From Planctomycetota bacterium (GTDB lineage Bacteria > Planctomycetota > UBA1135 > UBA2386): a stretch of DNA of 64,000 bases. The translations under genes were made by a program, and so were the position numbers. Every line of letters starts with the position of its first letter. Position 1 is the first letter of the stretch. Positions 38,181 to 48,215 of the stretch are shown here, one piece after another. The notes under the pieces are model-generated. The model was not told the origin of the DNA and searched no databases. It saw nothing but the letters and a program-made list of their open reading frames with translations. The stretch is taken from the NCBI GenBank assembly GCA_965228735.1, contig OZ245838.1:7040001-7104000 (forward strand). Reading direction: 5' to 3'.

Positions 38181-39449
38181 CTATTCGTGGCGCAGCGCTT
38201 CGACGGGGTCCATCGTCGCCGCGCGCCACGCGGGGTAGACCCCGAACCCGACGCCGACCGCGGTCGAGATGCCGAACGCGAGCAGCACGTGATCGACGCG
38301 GACGATCGTGAGGTTGCCGCTCACGTGCGAGATGATCTGCGGGATCAGCAGGCCGAGCGCGACGCCGAGCACGCCGCCGCACGCGCTGAGCACCGACGTC
38401 TCGACGAGGAACTGGGCGATGATGTTGCTGCGCCGGGCGCCGAGCGCGCGGCGGACACCGATCTCACGCGTGCGCTCGGTCACGGTCGCGAGCATGACGT
38501 TCATGATGCCGATGCCGCCGACGAGCAGTGAGATCACCGCGATCGAGCCGAGCACGATGTTGAAGATCTGCGCCGTGGCCTCGCGTTGGCGCAGCAGCTC
38601 GAGCGGCACGATCAGCTTCACGTCGTCCTTCGCGCGGCGCCCGATCTCGAGCATGTCCTCGAGCAACAGCGACGTCGGGATCACGTCGTCGGTCGTCGGC
38701 ATCTGCAGCTTGATCTCGTGCAACTCGACCCGGGTCCGCTCCTCGCTGCCCATGCTGCGCTTGCGGATCTCATCGCCGAAACGGGCGCGCGAGGTCGAGA
38801 CCGGCACGAACATGCAGTCGTCGAGCGCCACACCGCCCGGGCTCGCCTCGCGGCCGAGGCCCGCGAGCATGCCGATGACGGTGAAGCGCGTCATGCCCGC
38901 CTGCACGGTGCTGCCGATCGGGTTCTCGATCGGGAACAGCGTCTCCGCCAGGCCATGGCCGAGCACGGCGACGTTCTTCGAGCGGTCGATGTCGACGGGC
39001 GACAGCCAGCGCCCCTCCTCGAGCTCGAGGCTCATGAGGTCGAGGTAGGGGACCTCGGTGCCGACGACGATGCTGCTCGCCCAGCGGTAACCCTTGCGCA
39101 GGCTGTGCGGCGTCTCGCGCACGCTGACGACGCGATTGGCATCGTCGATGAGCGTCCGGATACGGGTCGCGTCCTCGTAGGTCAGCCCGTAGGCGAACGT
39201 CTGCCAGCGGCTGCCCGAAATCGTCTCGGCCGTCTCGGGCGGCCGTTGGCTCCGCACCATGAGGTTGGTCGGGCCGAGCGCTTTGAGCTGCTCGAGCGCC
39301 GCGAAGCTCGCGCCTTCGCCAACGGCGAGCATCGCGATCACGGACGCGACACCGAACAGCAGCCCGAGCACGGTCAGGAACGACCGCAGCCGGTGCATGA
39401 GCAGGCTCTTCACTCCGAGCCGAGCCGTTCGAAAACTGCCGCGCAGCAT
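38181..39449 (-). CDS. MacB-like ABC transporter permease
   Basis: LRSFLTVLG, LLVGGIGIMNVML.TVTERTREIGVRRALGA, PAWRAATMDPVEALRHE. Confidence 0.93.
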   Translation of the reverse strand: MLRGSFRTARLGVKSLLMHRLRSFLTVLGLLFGVASVIAMLAVGEGASFAALEQLKALGPTNLMVRSQRPPETAETISGSRWQTFAYGLTYEDATRIRTLIDDANRVVSVRETPHSLRKGYRWASSIVVGTEVPYLDLMSLELEEGRWLSPVDIDRSKNVAVLGHGLAETLFPIENPIGSTVQAGMTRFTVIGMLAGLGREASPGGVALDDCMFVPVSTSRARFGDEIRKRSMGSEERTRVELHEIKLQMPTTDDVIPTSLLLEDMLEIGRRAKDDVKLIVPLELLRQREATAQIFNIVLGSIAVISLLVGGIGIMNVMLATVTERTREIGVRRALGARRSNIIAQFLVETSVLSACGGVLGVALGLLIPQIISHVSGNLTIVRVDHVLLAFGISTAVGVGFGVYPAWRAATMDPVEALRHE

Positions 39450-39461
39450 CGTCGCGTGGGC

Positions 39462-41240
39462 TCAGCCGCCCCCATTCGAGCCAGCACCGTTCGAGCCAGC
39501 ACCGTTGGAGCCAGCACCGTTCGGGCCGGCGTTCTCGGTCCCGCCGTCGCTGGCGGCCGACGTGTCGTCCGTCGCCTCGTCGGTCTCCCCGGTCGCTTCC
39601 GCGTCGGGCAACATCGCGCCCGGCGGTCGCACGAGGTGGATCTCGTCGCCCTCTTCGATCCCGGCGGCGAGCGCGACGTGCGTCAGGTTGCTGCCGCCGA
39701 CCTCGACCGGGGTCGCGACCGGACCCTCGTCCGTCGCGAGCCACACGTAGTGCTGGTCGCGCCGGCGTTCGAGCGCCGGCAGCGGGATGTAGAGCACGTC
39801 CTCGAGATCGCCGACCTGGATGGTCACGCTCGCGTTCATCCCCGGCCGCACCGTGCCGTCCGAGTTGTCGCGGTCGAGCGCGACGTGCACCTTGTATTCC
39901 TTGACCTCGCGGCTGCGGCGGGTCGGCACGGGCAGCGTCGAGACCGACGCGACGTGCCCCTCGAAGATCTGGCCGGGGAATGCGTCCACCTTGATCGCCG
40001 CGGGCTGGCCGACGACGACCTTGTCGACCTGCGCCTCGTGCACGCGCAACTCCGCCGTCATCTTGCGGATGTCGGGCAGGATCACGATGTCCTGGCGCTC
40101 GCGGACCTCCATGCCCTCGTAGACCGGTTCGTCCCAGTCGTAGCGGCCGTAGACGACGAGCCCGGAGGACGGCGCGAGCATCACCGCGTGCTTCAGCTGC
40201 TCGTTCCAGTTGTCGAGGCGGTCCTTCGCGAGCTTGTATTCGGCCTCCGCGCTGATGAGCTCGGCCGATTGCTGCACCCGGCGGGCCTCGTTCGCGGCCT
40301 TGACGCTCTCGAGCCCGAGCCGCGCGTTGTCTTCCTCTTGCTTGAGGCCGATCAGCGTCTCGTGCAGCGTGAACTTGACGAGCAGCTGCAGGTTGTTGAG
40401 CGCGACCGTGACGCGGGAGCGGTTGCGCTTGTGGTTGATGCGGTCACGTTCGAGTTCGTTACGCGTGATGAACCCGTTCGCCGCGAGGTCCTTGCTGTGG
40501 TTGAACGTGTCCTGGGCGAGTGCGAAGTCGGCGCGGGCGAGGCTGATCTCGTCGATCTGCGTGAGCACCTGGTTGGCCATCTCGCCCATCTCGAGGTCGT
40601 AGGCCGTCTCGGACCCGAGAATCTCGGCGATGCGCGCGACGAGTTCGTCCGCGCTCCGCGCCGGCAACAGGTCCGTCATGCCCTCGACGGCGAACAGCGC
40701 CTCGAGTTCGTCGACCATCTGACGGTTGGTGCCCGCGTTCTCGTCCTCGTTCGGGCCGCGCGCGGCCTGCGACGTGCGGGCCTGGCCGAGGAACTTGCCG
40801 AGCTTGATGCGGGCGATCTTGAGCCGGCTCTCGGCGGTGCGTTCGGCCGCGAGCAGCTCCTTCTCCATCACCTCGTGGTTCTTGCGCGCCTGCTTCACCG
40901 CGGCGTCGGCCCGTGCGACGGCGATCGCCTGGCTGGCCTGCTTCTCCTCGATGAGGCTCGCGTCGAGCTCGGCGACCTTCTCGCCCGGCTCGACCACCGT
41001 GCCCTCCTCGATCAGGTAGATCAGCGTGTTGCGCCCCTCGAGGCGCGACACGACGCGCGTGTCGGATTGGGCCTCGATCTCCGCGCGTTCGCGCACGGTC
41101 ACGGGGAGCGTGCCGCGGGTCACGGTGTAGCGCAGTTGATCCGTCGCGGTGGACGTGTCATCGCACCCGGCGAACACGCCGACCAGGCAGGTGATGGCGA
41201 GCGCACGAGCCGGGGCTGCAATCGAAGCGGATTCGGTCAT
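39462..41240 (-). CDS. MacA/HlyD-like efflux periplasmic adaptor lipoprotein
   Basis: Lipobox FAGC; EEGTVVEPGEKVAELD, APSSGLVVY, VRPGMNASVTI. Confidence 0.88.
   Translation of the reverse strand: MTESASIAAPARALAITCLVGVFAGCDDTSTATDQLRYTVTRGTLPVTVRERAEIEAQSDTRVVSRLEGRNTLIYLIEEGTVVEPGEKVAELDASLIEEKQASQAIAVARADAAVKQARKNHEVMEKELLAAERTAESRLKIARIKLGKFLGQARTSQAARGPNEDENAGTNRQMVDELEALFAVEGMTDLLPARSADELVARIAEILGSETAYDLEMGEMANQVLTQIDEISLARADFALAQDTFNHSKDLAANGFITRNELERDRINHKRNRSRVTVALNNLQLLVKFTLHETLIGLKQEEDNARLGLESVKAANEARRVQQSAELISAEAEYKLAKDRLDNWNEQLKHAVMLAPSSGLVVYGRYDWDEPVYEGMEVRERQDIVILPDIRKMTAELRVHEAQVDKVVVGQPAAIKVDAFPGQIFEGHVASVSTLPVPTRRSREVKEYKVHVALDRDNSDGTVRPGMNASVTIQVGDLEDVLYIPLPALERRRDQHYVWLATDEGPVATPVEVGGSNLTHVALAAGIEEGDEIHLVRPPGAMLPDAEATGETDEATDDTSAASDGGTENAGPNGAGSNGAGSNGAGSNGGG
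39472..39531 (-). repeat. 15-bp coding tandem repeat x4 (AG[P/S]NG)
   Basis: ccgttcgagccagca-like units at the 3' end of the adaptor gene. Confidence 0.85.
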
Positions 41241-41421
41241 TCGGGGCCCAGGGAGTCTAGGCGAGGATCGCCGCGCGCGAACGCGGAGATGCGCGACCTC
41301 AAACCTGTTACATCATCGTCGGGGCCGTCGCATGGCGCTCGGATCCCCGCCGGTCAGTTGCCCGAACCGCGAGATCGTGCAACCTCACGGCGAGTCCGCG
41401 CGGAGTAGGCTCGTGCGGCCG

Positions 41422-44400
41422 ATGTCTCCCGAAGCCCTGTTTCGCCAGTATCGCGACTTCGGCGACGCCGAAGCGCTCGGGGCCGTGTTCGACCGCCTCG
41501 CGCCGGAGTTGGCGCTGATCGCGGCCCATCTCGTCGGCGCTGACGCAGCCGAAGACCTCGTGCAGGCGACGTTTCTCGATGCGATCGAGCAGCGTGATCG
41601 CTGGGATGGCAGTCGTCCGCTCGCGCCGTGGCTCGTCGGTCTGCTCGGGATGCACGTGCGGCGGGCCCGACGCGAACGCGGTCGGTGGCCCGACGCCGGG
41701 CGTCTCGGGGATCGCCGGTCGGACGTCGATGACCGCGACGGCCCGGCAGCAGCGGCGGTATCGCGGGACACGCTCGCGCTCGTCCGGCGCACGGTCGCGC
41801 AGCTGCCCTCGCACTACCGGACCGTATTGTCGCTGCGCCTCGTCGACGGACTCGAGGTGCAGGCCATCGCGCGCAGCCTCGGCGTGCCGCTCGGAACGGT
41901 GAAGGCGCGGCTGCATCGCGGTCTCGATCTCCTGCGACGGACACTGCCCGCGGGGGTCGCGGGAGCGGTGGCTGCGCTCGGGCTCGTCGAGCCCGCGCTC
42001 GGTGCGGTTCGGGCCGCCGTCGTCGATGCGGCGATGCGGCCTGGCGTCGGTGCCGGCGTCGGCGGCGCGGTCGGCACGGGCGTCGGGACATTGGCCGTGA
42101 CGGGAGCCTGGATCATGAAGCAGTGGATCATCGGGAGCGCGATCGTGCTCGTCGTGTTCGCGGGTTGGCTCGTCGTGCGGTCGGACGCGACGGAGCCGGG
42201 GCAAACCGAAGCCGGGTCAGCCAGTCCGGCCGGTGCTGCCACGGCGGCGCCCGGGGAGCGATCGTCGAACCCCGCGCCCGTCGCTGCGCCGGCCACCGTC
42301 GAACGTGCGATCGTGCCAGCCGCGACGCCACAGTCGCGACTGGGCGCGTTGCGCGTGGCCGTCGTGTGGCGTTCGGACGGTGCGCCGGTCGCCGGCGTGC
42401 AGGTCGAATTGTATCGGCACGGTCGGCGGCGTGCCGTCGACATCGCGCATAGCGCCGACGATGGGGTCGTGACCTTTGCGGACTTGCCGCCCGGTGACTA
42501 CCGGGCGAGCATCGTCGCGCTGCCGCATGCGCCGTGCGAGATTCGGATCGCAGCCGGGACCGCGATCGAACGCGAACTTCCGGTCGGCGGCGATGTGCGG
42601 CTGCGTGTTCTGGTCGCAACCGCGGACGGCGCGCCGTGGTCCGACGCGGCGGTGTGGGCCTACGATCACCTGGGTGGCCCCCTCGGCGGGCGACTGCTCG
42701 GGCGCACCGACGTCGCCGGGGTCCTCGAGTATCGCGGCCTGCCGCCCGCGTCCGTGTGGGCGCGTGCCGTCGGACGCATGCCGAGTCGACTCCACGCCCT
42801 GCCCTCGGACCTCGCGCGCGGGGCTCGGCCGTCGCCCACCGAAGTCCTGCTCGTTCTCGGTGGCTCGGGGGCCGCAGTGCATGGTGTCGTGACGGATCCC
42901 GACGGTCGGGTGGTCCCGGACGCGATCGTCGCGGTCGCCGTCGTGGACGAGTTCGGCGGCACGGACGATCCGCCCGAGGTCACGACGACGACGGACGCGG
43001 CCGGCCGCTTCGCGCTGTCGGAGCTGCCGGTCGGCGAGCGCAACATCGTCGCCACGGCGCCTGGGTTCGCGGCGATCGAGGCGCGGGTCGAGACGCTGGC
43101 CGACGAGGTCGCGTTCGTGCAGCTGCAGCTGCGGCGTGGTGCGAGCATCCGCGGTCGGGTGCGCGATGCCGGCGGCCGGCCGGTCCCGTCGTTGCCGGTC
43201 ACCGTGGGCACGGACGGCGGCGCCACCGGCATCCAGCGCCACGGAGGACGGTTGCGCACGACGCGGACCGACGAGGCCGGGGACTATCGGATCGACGGGA
43301 TCGTGCCGGGGAACGGCAGGGTGCTGGTGCATCTGCAGCCGGTCAGCAAGCGCGAGTTCGTGTTCGTCGATGGTGAGGCGTACGAGTTCGACGTGCAGCC
43401 GGCGCCCCGTGGCGCGATCACAGGCGTGCTCGTCGACGAGGACGGCGAACCGCTCGCGGGTTGGTCCGTGGGGGCCTCGAGTGGCAGGTTCGGCGCCGCC
43501 CCGTTCGCCACCGCCACCGATGCAGGCGGACGGTTCGAGCTCGCGGTTCCCGCCGGCCGAGCGTACGAGCTGCTCGTCTTCGCGCCGCGACAGGGCCACT
43601 GGACCCCGTTCTCGTCACGGCCCCGGCTCGCCGTGTCGGGGGTTTCTCCCGGGGGCGAGCCGATGCGGTTGGAGGTGCCGGACGCGGCGCTGGGCGATGC
43701 CGTCCTGCATGGCAGCGTCGCGCTCCCTGATGGCGAGGCGAGCCGCGCGTCGCTCGACCTGCGCGGGATCGTCGCGGGTAGTGCAGCCGTCGTGGTCGAT
43801 CGTGTCACGATCGCGGCGGGGGCGGCGCCGACGTTCCGATTCGAGCACCTGCCGCCGGGACGATACCGACTCGCGTGCGACTTCGGTGGCCGCGGTCGCA
43901 TCGTGCGTGACGACATCGTCGTGCGAGCGGGTGAGGAGCGCGAGCTCGGCCCGCTGGGCCTCGGGGGGCAAGTGCCGGTTCGCTTGCGGTTGCGGCGCCC
44001 CGACGGTGCACCGGTGACCGGCGCGAGCCTGCGGCTGGTGCCGGGTTGGATCGCGCTCACGGAGTCGCGCCCCGGAGAGTACGAATCTGCGCCGGTGCAG
44101 CTCGGGCGGTTCGAGGTTTCGGCGTTCGGGCCCGGGATCGCCCCGGCGAAGTGGACCATCGATGTCGGTGATGACACGCCGATCGATCACACGCTCGCAA
44201 CGGCGTCGACCGTCGAGTTCGTGATCTCGCCGCGGTCCGAGCGCAAGTCCTGGCGCGGAACGCTCGCGATCGAGCTGCGCGCGACCGGCCCGCGGCCGCT
44301 CGTCCAGGCGATCGTCACTTTGCCCGGTGACCCGATGTACTCGTGGTCGCTCGGGCTGCTGCCGGGCACGTACACGCTGAACGTGCGTGACAACCAGGGC

Positions 44401-44463
44401 AGCGTCGAGCGCACGGTGACCGTCGGCGCCGGCGCGCAGCGGTTCGACGTTCCGTTGCGCTGA
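41422..44463 (+). CDS. ECF sigma factor with TM helix and extracytoplasmic carboxypeptidase-regulatory-like repeats
   Basis: AEDLVQATFL, LGVPLGTVKARLHRG; TM helix; repeated G.V.D..G.PV / TD..GRF motifs. Confidence 0.85.
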   Translation: MSPEALFRQYRDFGDAEALGAVFDRLAPELALIAAHLVGADAAEDLVQATFLDAIEQRDRWDGSRPLAPWLVGLLGMHVRRARRERGRWPDAGRLGDRRSDVDDRDGPAAAAVSRDTLALVRRTVAQLPSHYRTVLSLRLVDGLEVQAIARSLGVPLGTVKARLHRGLDLLRRTLPAGVAGAVAALGLVEPALGAVRAAVVDAAMRPGVGAGVGGAVGTGVGTLAVTGAWIMKQWIIGSAIVLVVFAGWLVVRSDATEPGQTEAGSASPAGAATAAPGERSSNPAPVAAPATVERAIVPAATPQSRLGALRVAVVWRSDGAPVAGVQVELYRHGRRRAVDIAHSADDGVVTFADLPPGDYRASIVALPHAPCEIRIAAGTAIERELPVGGDVRLRVLVATADGAPWSDAAVWAYDHLGGPLGGRLLGRTDVAGVLEYRGLPPASVWARAVGRMPSRLHALPSDLARGARPSPTEVLLVLGGSGAAVHGVVTDPDGRVVPDAIVAVAVVDEFGGTDDPPEVTTTTDAAGRFALSELPVGERNIVATAPGFAAIEARVETLADEVAFVQLQLRRGASIRGRVRDAGGRPVPSLPVTVGTDGGATGIQRHGGRLRTTRTDEAGDYRIDGIVPGNGRVLVHLQPVSKREFVFVDGEAYEFDVQPAPRGAITGVLVDEDGEPLAGWSVGASSGRFGAAPFATATDAGGRFELAVPAGRAYELLVFAPRQGHWTPFSSRPRLAVSGVSPGGEPMRLEVPDAALGDAVLHGSVALPDGEASRASLDLRGIVAGSAAVVVDRVTIAAGAAPTFRFEHLPPGRYRLACDFGGRGRIVRDDIVVRAGEERELGPLGLGGQVPVRLRLRRPDGAPVTGASLRLVPGWIALTESRPGEYESAPVQLGRFEVSAFGPGIAPAKWTIDVGDDTPIDHTLATASTVEFVISPRSERKSWRGTLAIELRATGPRPLVQAIVTLPGDPMYSWSLGLLPGTYTLNVRDNQGSVERTVTVGAGAQRFDVPLR

Positions 44464-44524
44464 ATGCCGACGCGGGCAAATCGGCGAATGCGCGGGCGCG
44501 CCTCGTGTGATATGCCGGCGACCC

Positions 44525-45115
44525 ATGACCTCGATGCGCCCGCTGCCCGTTCGTTCGTCGGTGCTGGCCGTCCTGGTGTTCGCCGCCTGTCAGGGCGCCG
44601 CTGCCGATCGTGGACCGGATCCGTCGCCAGCTGCGGTCGATCCGCGTCTGGCGGTCGCGCCGTTGCCCTACACCGCCGAGCAGATTCGCGAAGCGCACCC
44701 GAGCGGAACGACGATGCGCTTTCGGGTCACCCAGCCGAACGGCACCGGGGTGCAGAGCATGCAGTTCTCCGACTCCGACCCGATCGGGGTGACCGTGGCC
44801 ATGGCCAGGGTCGATGCGAGTGGTGCGACGACGGGAAAGGCGGTGACGACGCGCTCGACGTGGCGTGAGCTGCAGTCGCATGCTGCGTTCCCCGCGCTGC
44901 AGACCCGGCGCGAACGGTCGCGCTGCGTCGTGCCGGCCGGCGACTACGCGTGCTGGCACTACACCGTCTCCGAGACGACGGCCGACGGCCGGGCGGTGAC
45001 GTCACAGTACTGGTTCGCGGACCGCAAGCCGGGGCCACCCGTCCAACTCGTTCGCGCCGTCGACGGCCAGGAGGTCTATCGCATGGAACTCGTCGACTAC
45101 CAGCGCGGGCGCTGA
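44525..45115 (+). CDS. Hypothetical lipoprotein
   Basis: Lipobox FAAC; VPAG.Y.C beta-rich segment. Confidence 0.65.
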   Translation: MTSMRPLPVRSSVLAVLVFAACQGAAADRGPDPSPAAVDPRLAVAPLPYTAEQIREAHPSGTTMRFRVTQPNGTGVQSMQFSDSDPIGVTVAMARVDASGATTGKAVTTRSTWRELQSHAAFPALQTRRERSRCVVPAGDYACWHYTVSETTADGRAVTSQYWFADRKPGPPVQLVRAVDGQEVYRMELVDYQRGR

Positions 45116-45122
45116 TCGCAGG

Positions 45123-45539
45123 TCACGGCAGCAGTATCCCGGCGACGATGTGGACGAGGGCGTCCGGCAGGGCGAAGCCGAGACCGTCCAGCCAGCTCGG
45201 CTCCGTCGGGGCGAGCGCGGTCAGCGTTGCGGACGGGACCCAGTTGCCGTGGCACGCGCTGCACCGCAAGAAGCTCAGGCCGCCACGCGAACGGCTGCCG
45301 AGAGTCGATGCGGTGCACCGCGGGCACACCTCGGCGCCGGCTGCCGGTGCTGCCACGTCGGCGCGGGCGACCTCGCGCGCGCTGTTCTCGCCGGCGTGCC
45401 GGGCCCAGGTCTCGAGCTCACCGCGGTCGAACCACAGGCCGCGGCACCGGTCCCGGCACACGTCGAGGCGGACTCCGTGCACGGTCGTCTCGTGCAGGAG
45501 GCCGCGGCACTGTGGGCAGATCAGGTTCGGTACGGTCAT
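45123..45539 (-). CDS. zf-TFIIB domain protein (two zinc fingers)
   Basis: CPQC...DVCRDRCRGLWFDRGEL; CPRC...CSACHGNW. Confidence 0.8.
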   Translation of the reverse strand: MTVPNLICPQCRGLLHETTVHGVRLDVCRDRCRGLWFDRGELETWARHAGENSAREVARADVAAPAAGAEVCPRCTASTLGSRSRGGLSFLRCSACHGNWVPSATLTALAPTEPSWLDGLGFALPDALVHIVAGILLP

Positions 45540-45792
45540 CGGGAATCGGAACGTTGGTGGCCGAACACGCGCGGTAGTTGTCACGAAGTCGAACGGCCGA
45601 TTCGGAGCCCGGACGCGCCGTTGGGTTTTCGTCAACACGCAGCGCTCGTGCCCGTTGTGTGGGCGCCACGTGAAGACTGCGTCGCCCCATCGTGGGGGGC
45701 GAACTCCACCCTGGTCGCGCCTATGATTTTCGGCGCGGAATCCCCCGCAAAATCTCGCCCGGCGCTGCTTTCTGCAGCCACACTTCTACGAC

Positions 45793-46884
45793 ATGCAACA
45801 CGCGCTTCTTTCCCTCGCCTCGGCGGGCGTTCTCGCCACTGCCGCGTTCGCCCAGTCCTCGACGGCTTGTCTGCCCATCGGCACCAACGGTGCGGTGGGC
45901 TGCCAGTCCGCGAGCGCTCCCGTCCTGACCGGCGGCGTGATCGCGACCGGTATTATCGACTTCGACTACAACCAGACGACCGCGATTCTCGAGGTTCGGG
46001 TCACCAACACCTCGCCGGTGCTGACCAACGCCAACAACCCGGTGATCACCGGGGTCGCGTTCAGCTTCCCGTTCAACACCGTCAACAACGCGACGCTCGT
46101 GTCGCAGACGGCGCTCGCCGGTGCGACGCCGAACTTCGGCATGCAGTTCACGTCCGGTCAGTTCCTGCTGCAGGGCTGCATGGGCTGCTTCAGCGTCGTC
46201 CTGACCGCGAACGGTCCGGGTGGCGGTATCGGCAATGATCTCGCGACGCAGTTCGCCAACCCGCCGGTCGTGCTCGGCCGCACGACGTTCCGGTTCCAGC
46301 TCAGCGGTCCGGGTGTCGGCACGCTCGATGCTGACGCGATCTCGTCGATGCTGTCCGGCGGTGGCACCTACAACGTCGCCTCGTCGTTCTTCTTCGAAGG
46401 CGGCGGTGCGAGCGGTTCCGAGAACGGCTATGTCTCGAGCGGCTTCCCGTGCTGCCCGAACAACGCGATGTTCCAGAGCGCCGGTACCGGTTGTGCGCCG
46501 TCGTTCCTCAGTGCCCCGACCGTCACGGGTGTCGGTCTGCCCTACGTCGGTGACGACGTGGTCGTCGACGTCAGCAGCCCCGCCACGCCGAACGCGCCGG
46601 GTCTCCTGATCCACGGCTTCTCGAACACGTTCGATCCGTTCTTCGGTGTGCAACTGCCGCTCGACCTGTCGATCTACGGCTTCCCGGGCTGCTCGCTCTA
46701 CCCGAGCAACGAGTTCGTGCTGCCGATCCTGACCGACGCCACCGGCAGCGCCGGCTACTCGGTCTCGATCCCCGGCTTCGGCAAGTGGTGCGGCCGCACG
46801 ATCACCTACCAGGCGTTCTTCGTGGCGCCGAACGGTGGTGCGATCCTGAGCTCCGACGGGCTCACGGCGACCCTCGGCAGCTGA
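45793..46884 (+). CDS. Secreted protein with shared C-terminal domain
   Basis: Signal peptide ending AFA-Q; C-terminal GTGC...PYVG...LPLDL..YGFPGC...YQA...SSDG. Confidence 0.8.
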   Translation: MQHALLSLASAGVLATAAFAQSSTACLPIGTNGAVGCQSASAPVLTGGVIATGIIDFDYNQTTAILEVRVTNTSPVLTNANNPVITGVAFSFPFNTVNNATLVSQTALAGATPNFGMQFTSGQFLLQGCMGCFSVVLTANGPGGGIGNDLATQFANPPVVLGRTTFRFQLSGPGVGTLDADAISSMLSGGGTYNVASSFFFEGGGASGSENGYVSSGFPCCPNNAMFQSAGTGCAPSFLSAPTVTGVGLPYVGDDVVVDVSSPATPNAPGLLIHGFSNTFDPFFGVQLPLDLSIYGFPGCSLYPSNEFVLPILTDATGSAGYSVSIPGFGKWCGRTITYQAFFVAPNGGAILSSDGLTATLGS

Positions 46885-46905
46885 GCTGGCGAGCTGATCA
46901 GCGTT

Positions 46906-46928
46906 CGGCCCGCCACCCCGGCGGGCCG
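46906..46928. terminator. Hairpin between convergent genes
   Basis: cggcccgcc-acccc-ggcgggccg, 9-bp stem, no clear U-tract. Confidence 0.4.
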
Positions 46929-46977
46929 CCGACCGGCGGCTGTCGCGCTCTGCGGCAGCCGTTGCCGGGTATGGACG

Positions 46978-48198
46978 CTACTTCGCGGCGGTCTCGACGC
47001 GGCGCAGCGCGATCCCGAGCGGCTTCGGCCCCGGATCACGGTTGCGCTGGTTGAAGCGCCACGCACCGCGCCGTTCGCCGACGGCGACGAGCTCGAAGCT
47101 CTCGAAGTCGCCCGTCTTGCTGTGCCAGCGTGACCGGCCGTAGAGCGTGGCGCGGTAGCCTTGCTGGCCGGCGTCCATCACGGCCTCGCCGCGATACTCG
47201 ATCGTCCAGACCGAGCGCTCGACCGCCGTTCGTTGCATGGTCAGGGTCGCGGTCTCGATGTGCTGCTCGCGCCAATGCGGCGCCTGGCCGCGAACGTTGT
47301 CGACGAGCACCTCGCGATAGAGCCGTCGCACGACCTCGTCGTCGACCGGTCGGGGTTTCTTGCTCTTCGTCACGAACACCTTTGGGTCGTCGAACGCGAT
47401 CCAGTTGCGGTTCCAGGCCCACTTCACGAACTCGGTCCAGTTGCGGTCGTCGAAGCGGTTGCGCTGATATCGGCGCACGGACTCGGGGTCGTCCATGCTC
47501 GCGAGGTCGCGCAATGAAACGGCGAATGCGAGCGCCTTGCCCTCGATGTCGGGCGGCATCACCCGGTCGGCGACCGGCACGGGCGCGTTCTCGTAGCCGC
47601 GCCGCTGGCGCAGCTTCTGCCAGCGCTGCAGCGCCCGGCGCAGGCGCTCGCGCATGTCCTCGCGGTCACCGCCGGCTGCGAACCGCCCTTCGAGATACTC
47701 GGCGTCGGGGCCGATCATGTAGATGCCCTGTTTGGTTCCCGGGTGGTTCCAGTCACCTTCGGGCATCGACTCGCCGTACTTGCGGAAGAAGCGGTGGGTC
47801 GGATCGTTCGCGATCCGCTGCACGTGCTGCGGGTTCTCGGGGTAGAGCCCGTAGGCCTCGTCGGCGACGGTGACGAACTCTCGGCTGAGCTTCTGGATCT
47901 CCGGGTCTGACCAGACCAGTTGGCGTCCGCGGACGCCGTTGTTTCAAGTGCAGCCGAGCGGGTGGCCGTTCATCGTCCAGAGCAGGATCGGGCGACCGAG
48001 CTCTCTGGCCTCCGCGATCGCCGGGCCGAGCCGGTTGCGCCAGCCGACCTGCTGGAACGACAGCTCGAGCTCGTCGGGCTCGATGGCCTCGAGCCAGTCG
48101 TCGAGGTTCTTCGGTCCGAGGGTGGGCAGCTCGGTTTGCGCGATGCTCGGCGATGCCAACGCGAACGCCAGCGCCACTGGCGACAGTGCGATCCTCAT
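46978..48198 (-). CDS. Secreted thioredoxin-like selenoprotein candidate (GCT-U, Sec85)
   Basis: Signal peptide; W...AIAEARELGRPILLWTMNGHPLGCT-TGA(47944-47946)-NNGVRGRQLVWSDPEI, open in frame for 321 more codons. Confidence 0.8.
47904..47937 (-). promoter_or_regulatory. Candidate SECIS region
   Basis: mRNA after UGA: GGCGUC-CGCG-GACGCC (+7..+22), then GGUCU-GGUC-AGACC (+27..+40). Confidence 0.55.
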
Positions 48199-48215
48199 GC
48201 GCGTGACCATACCGC

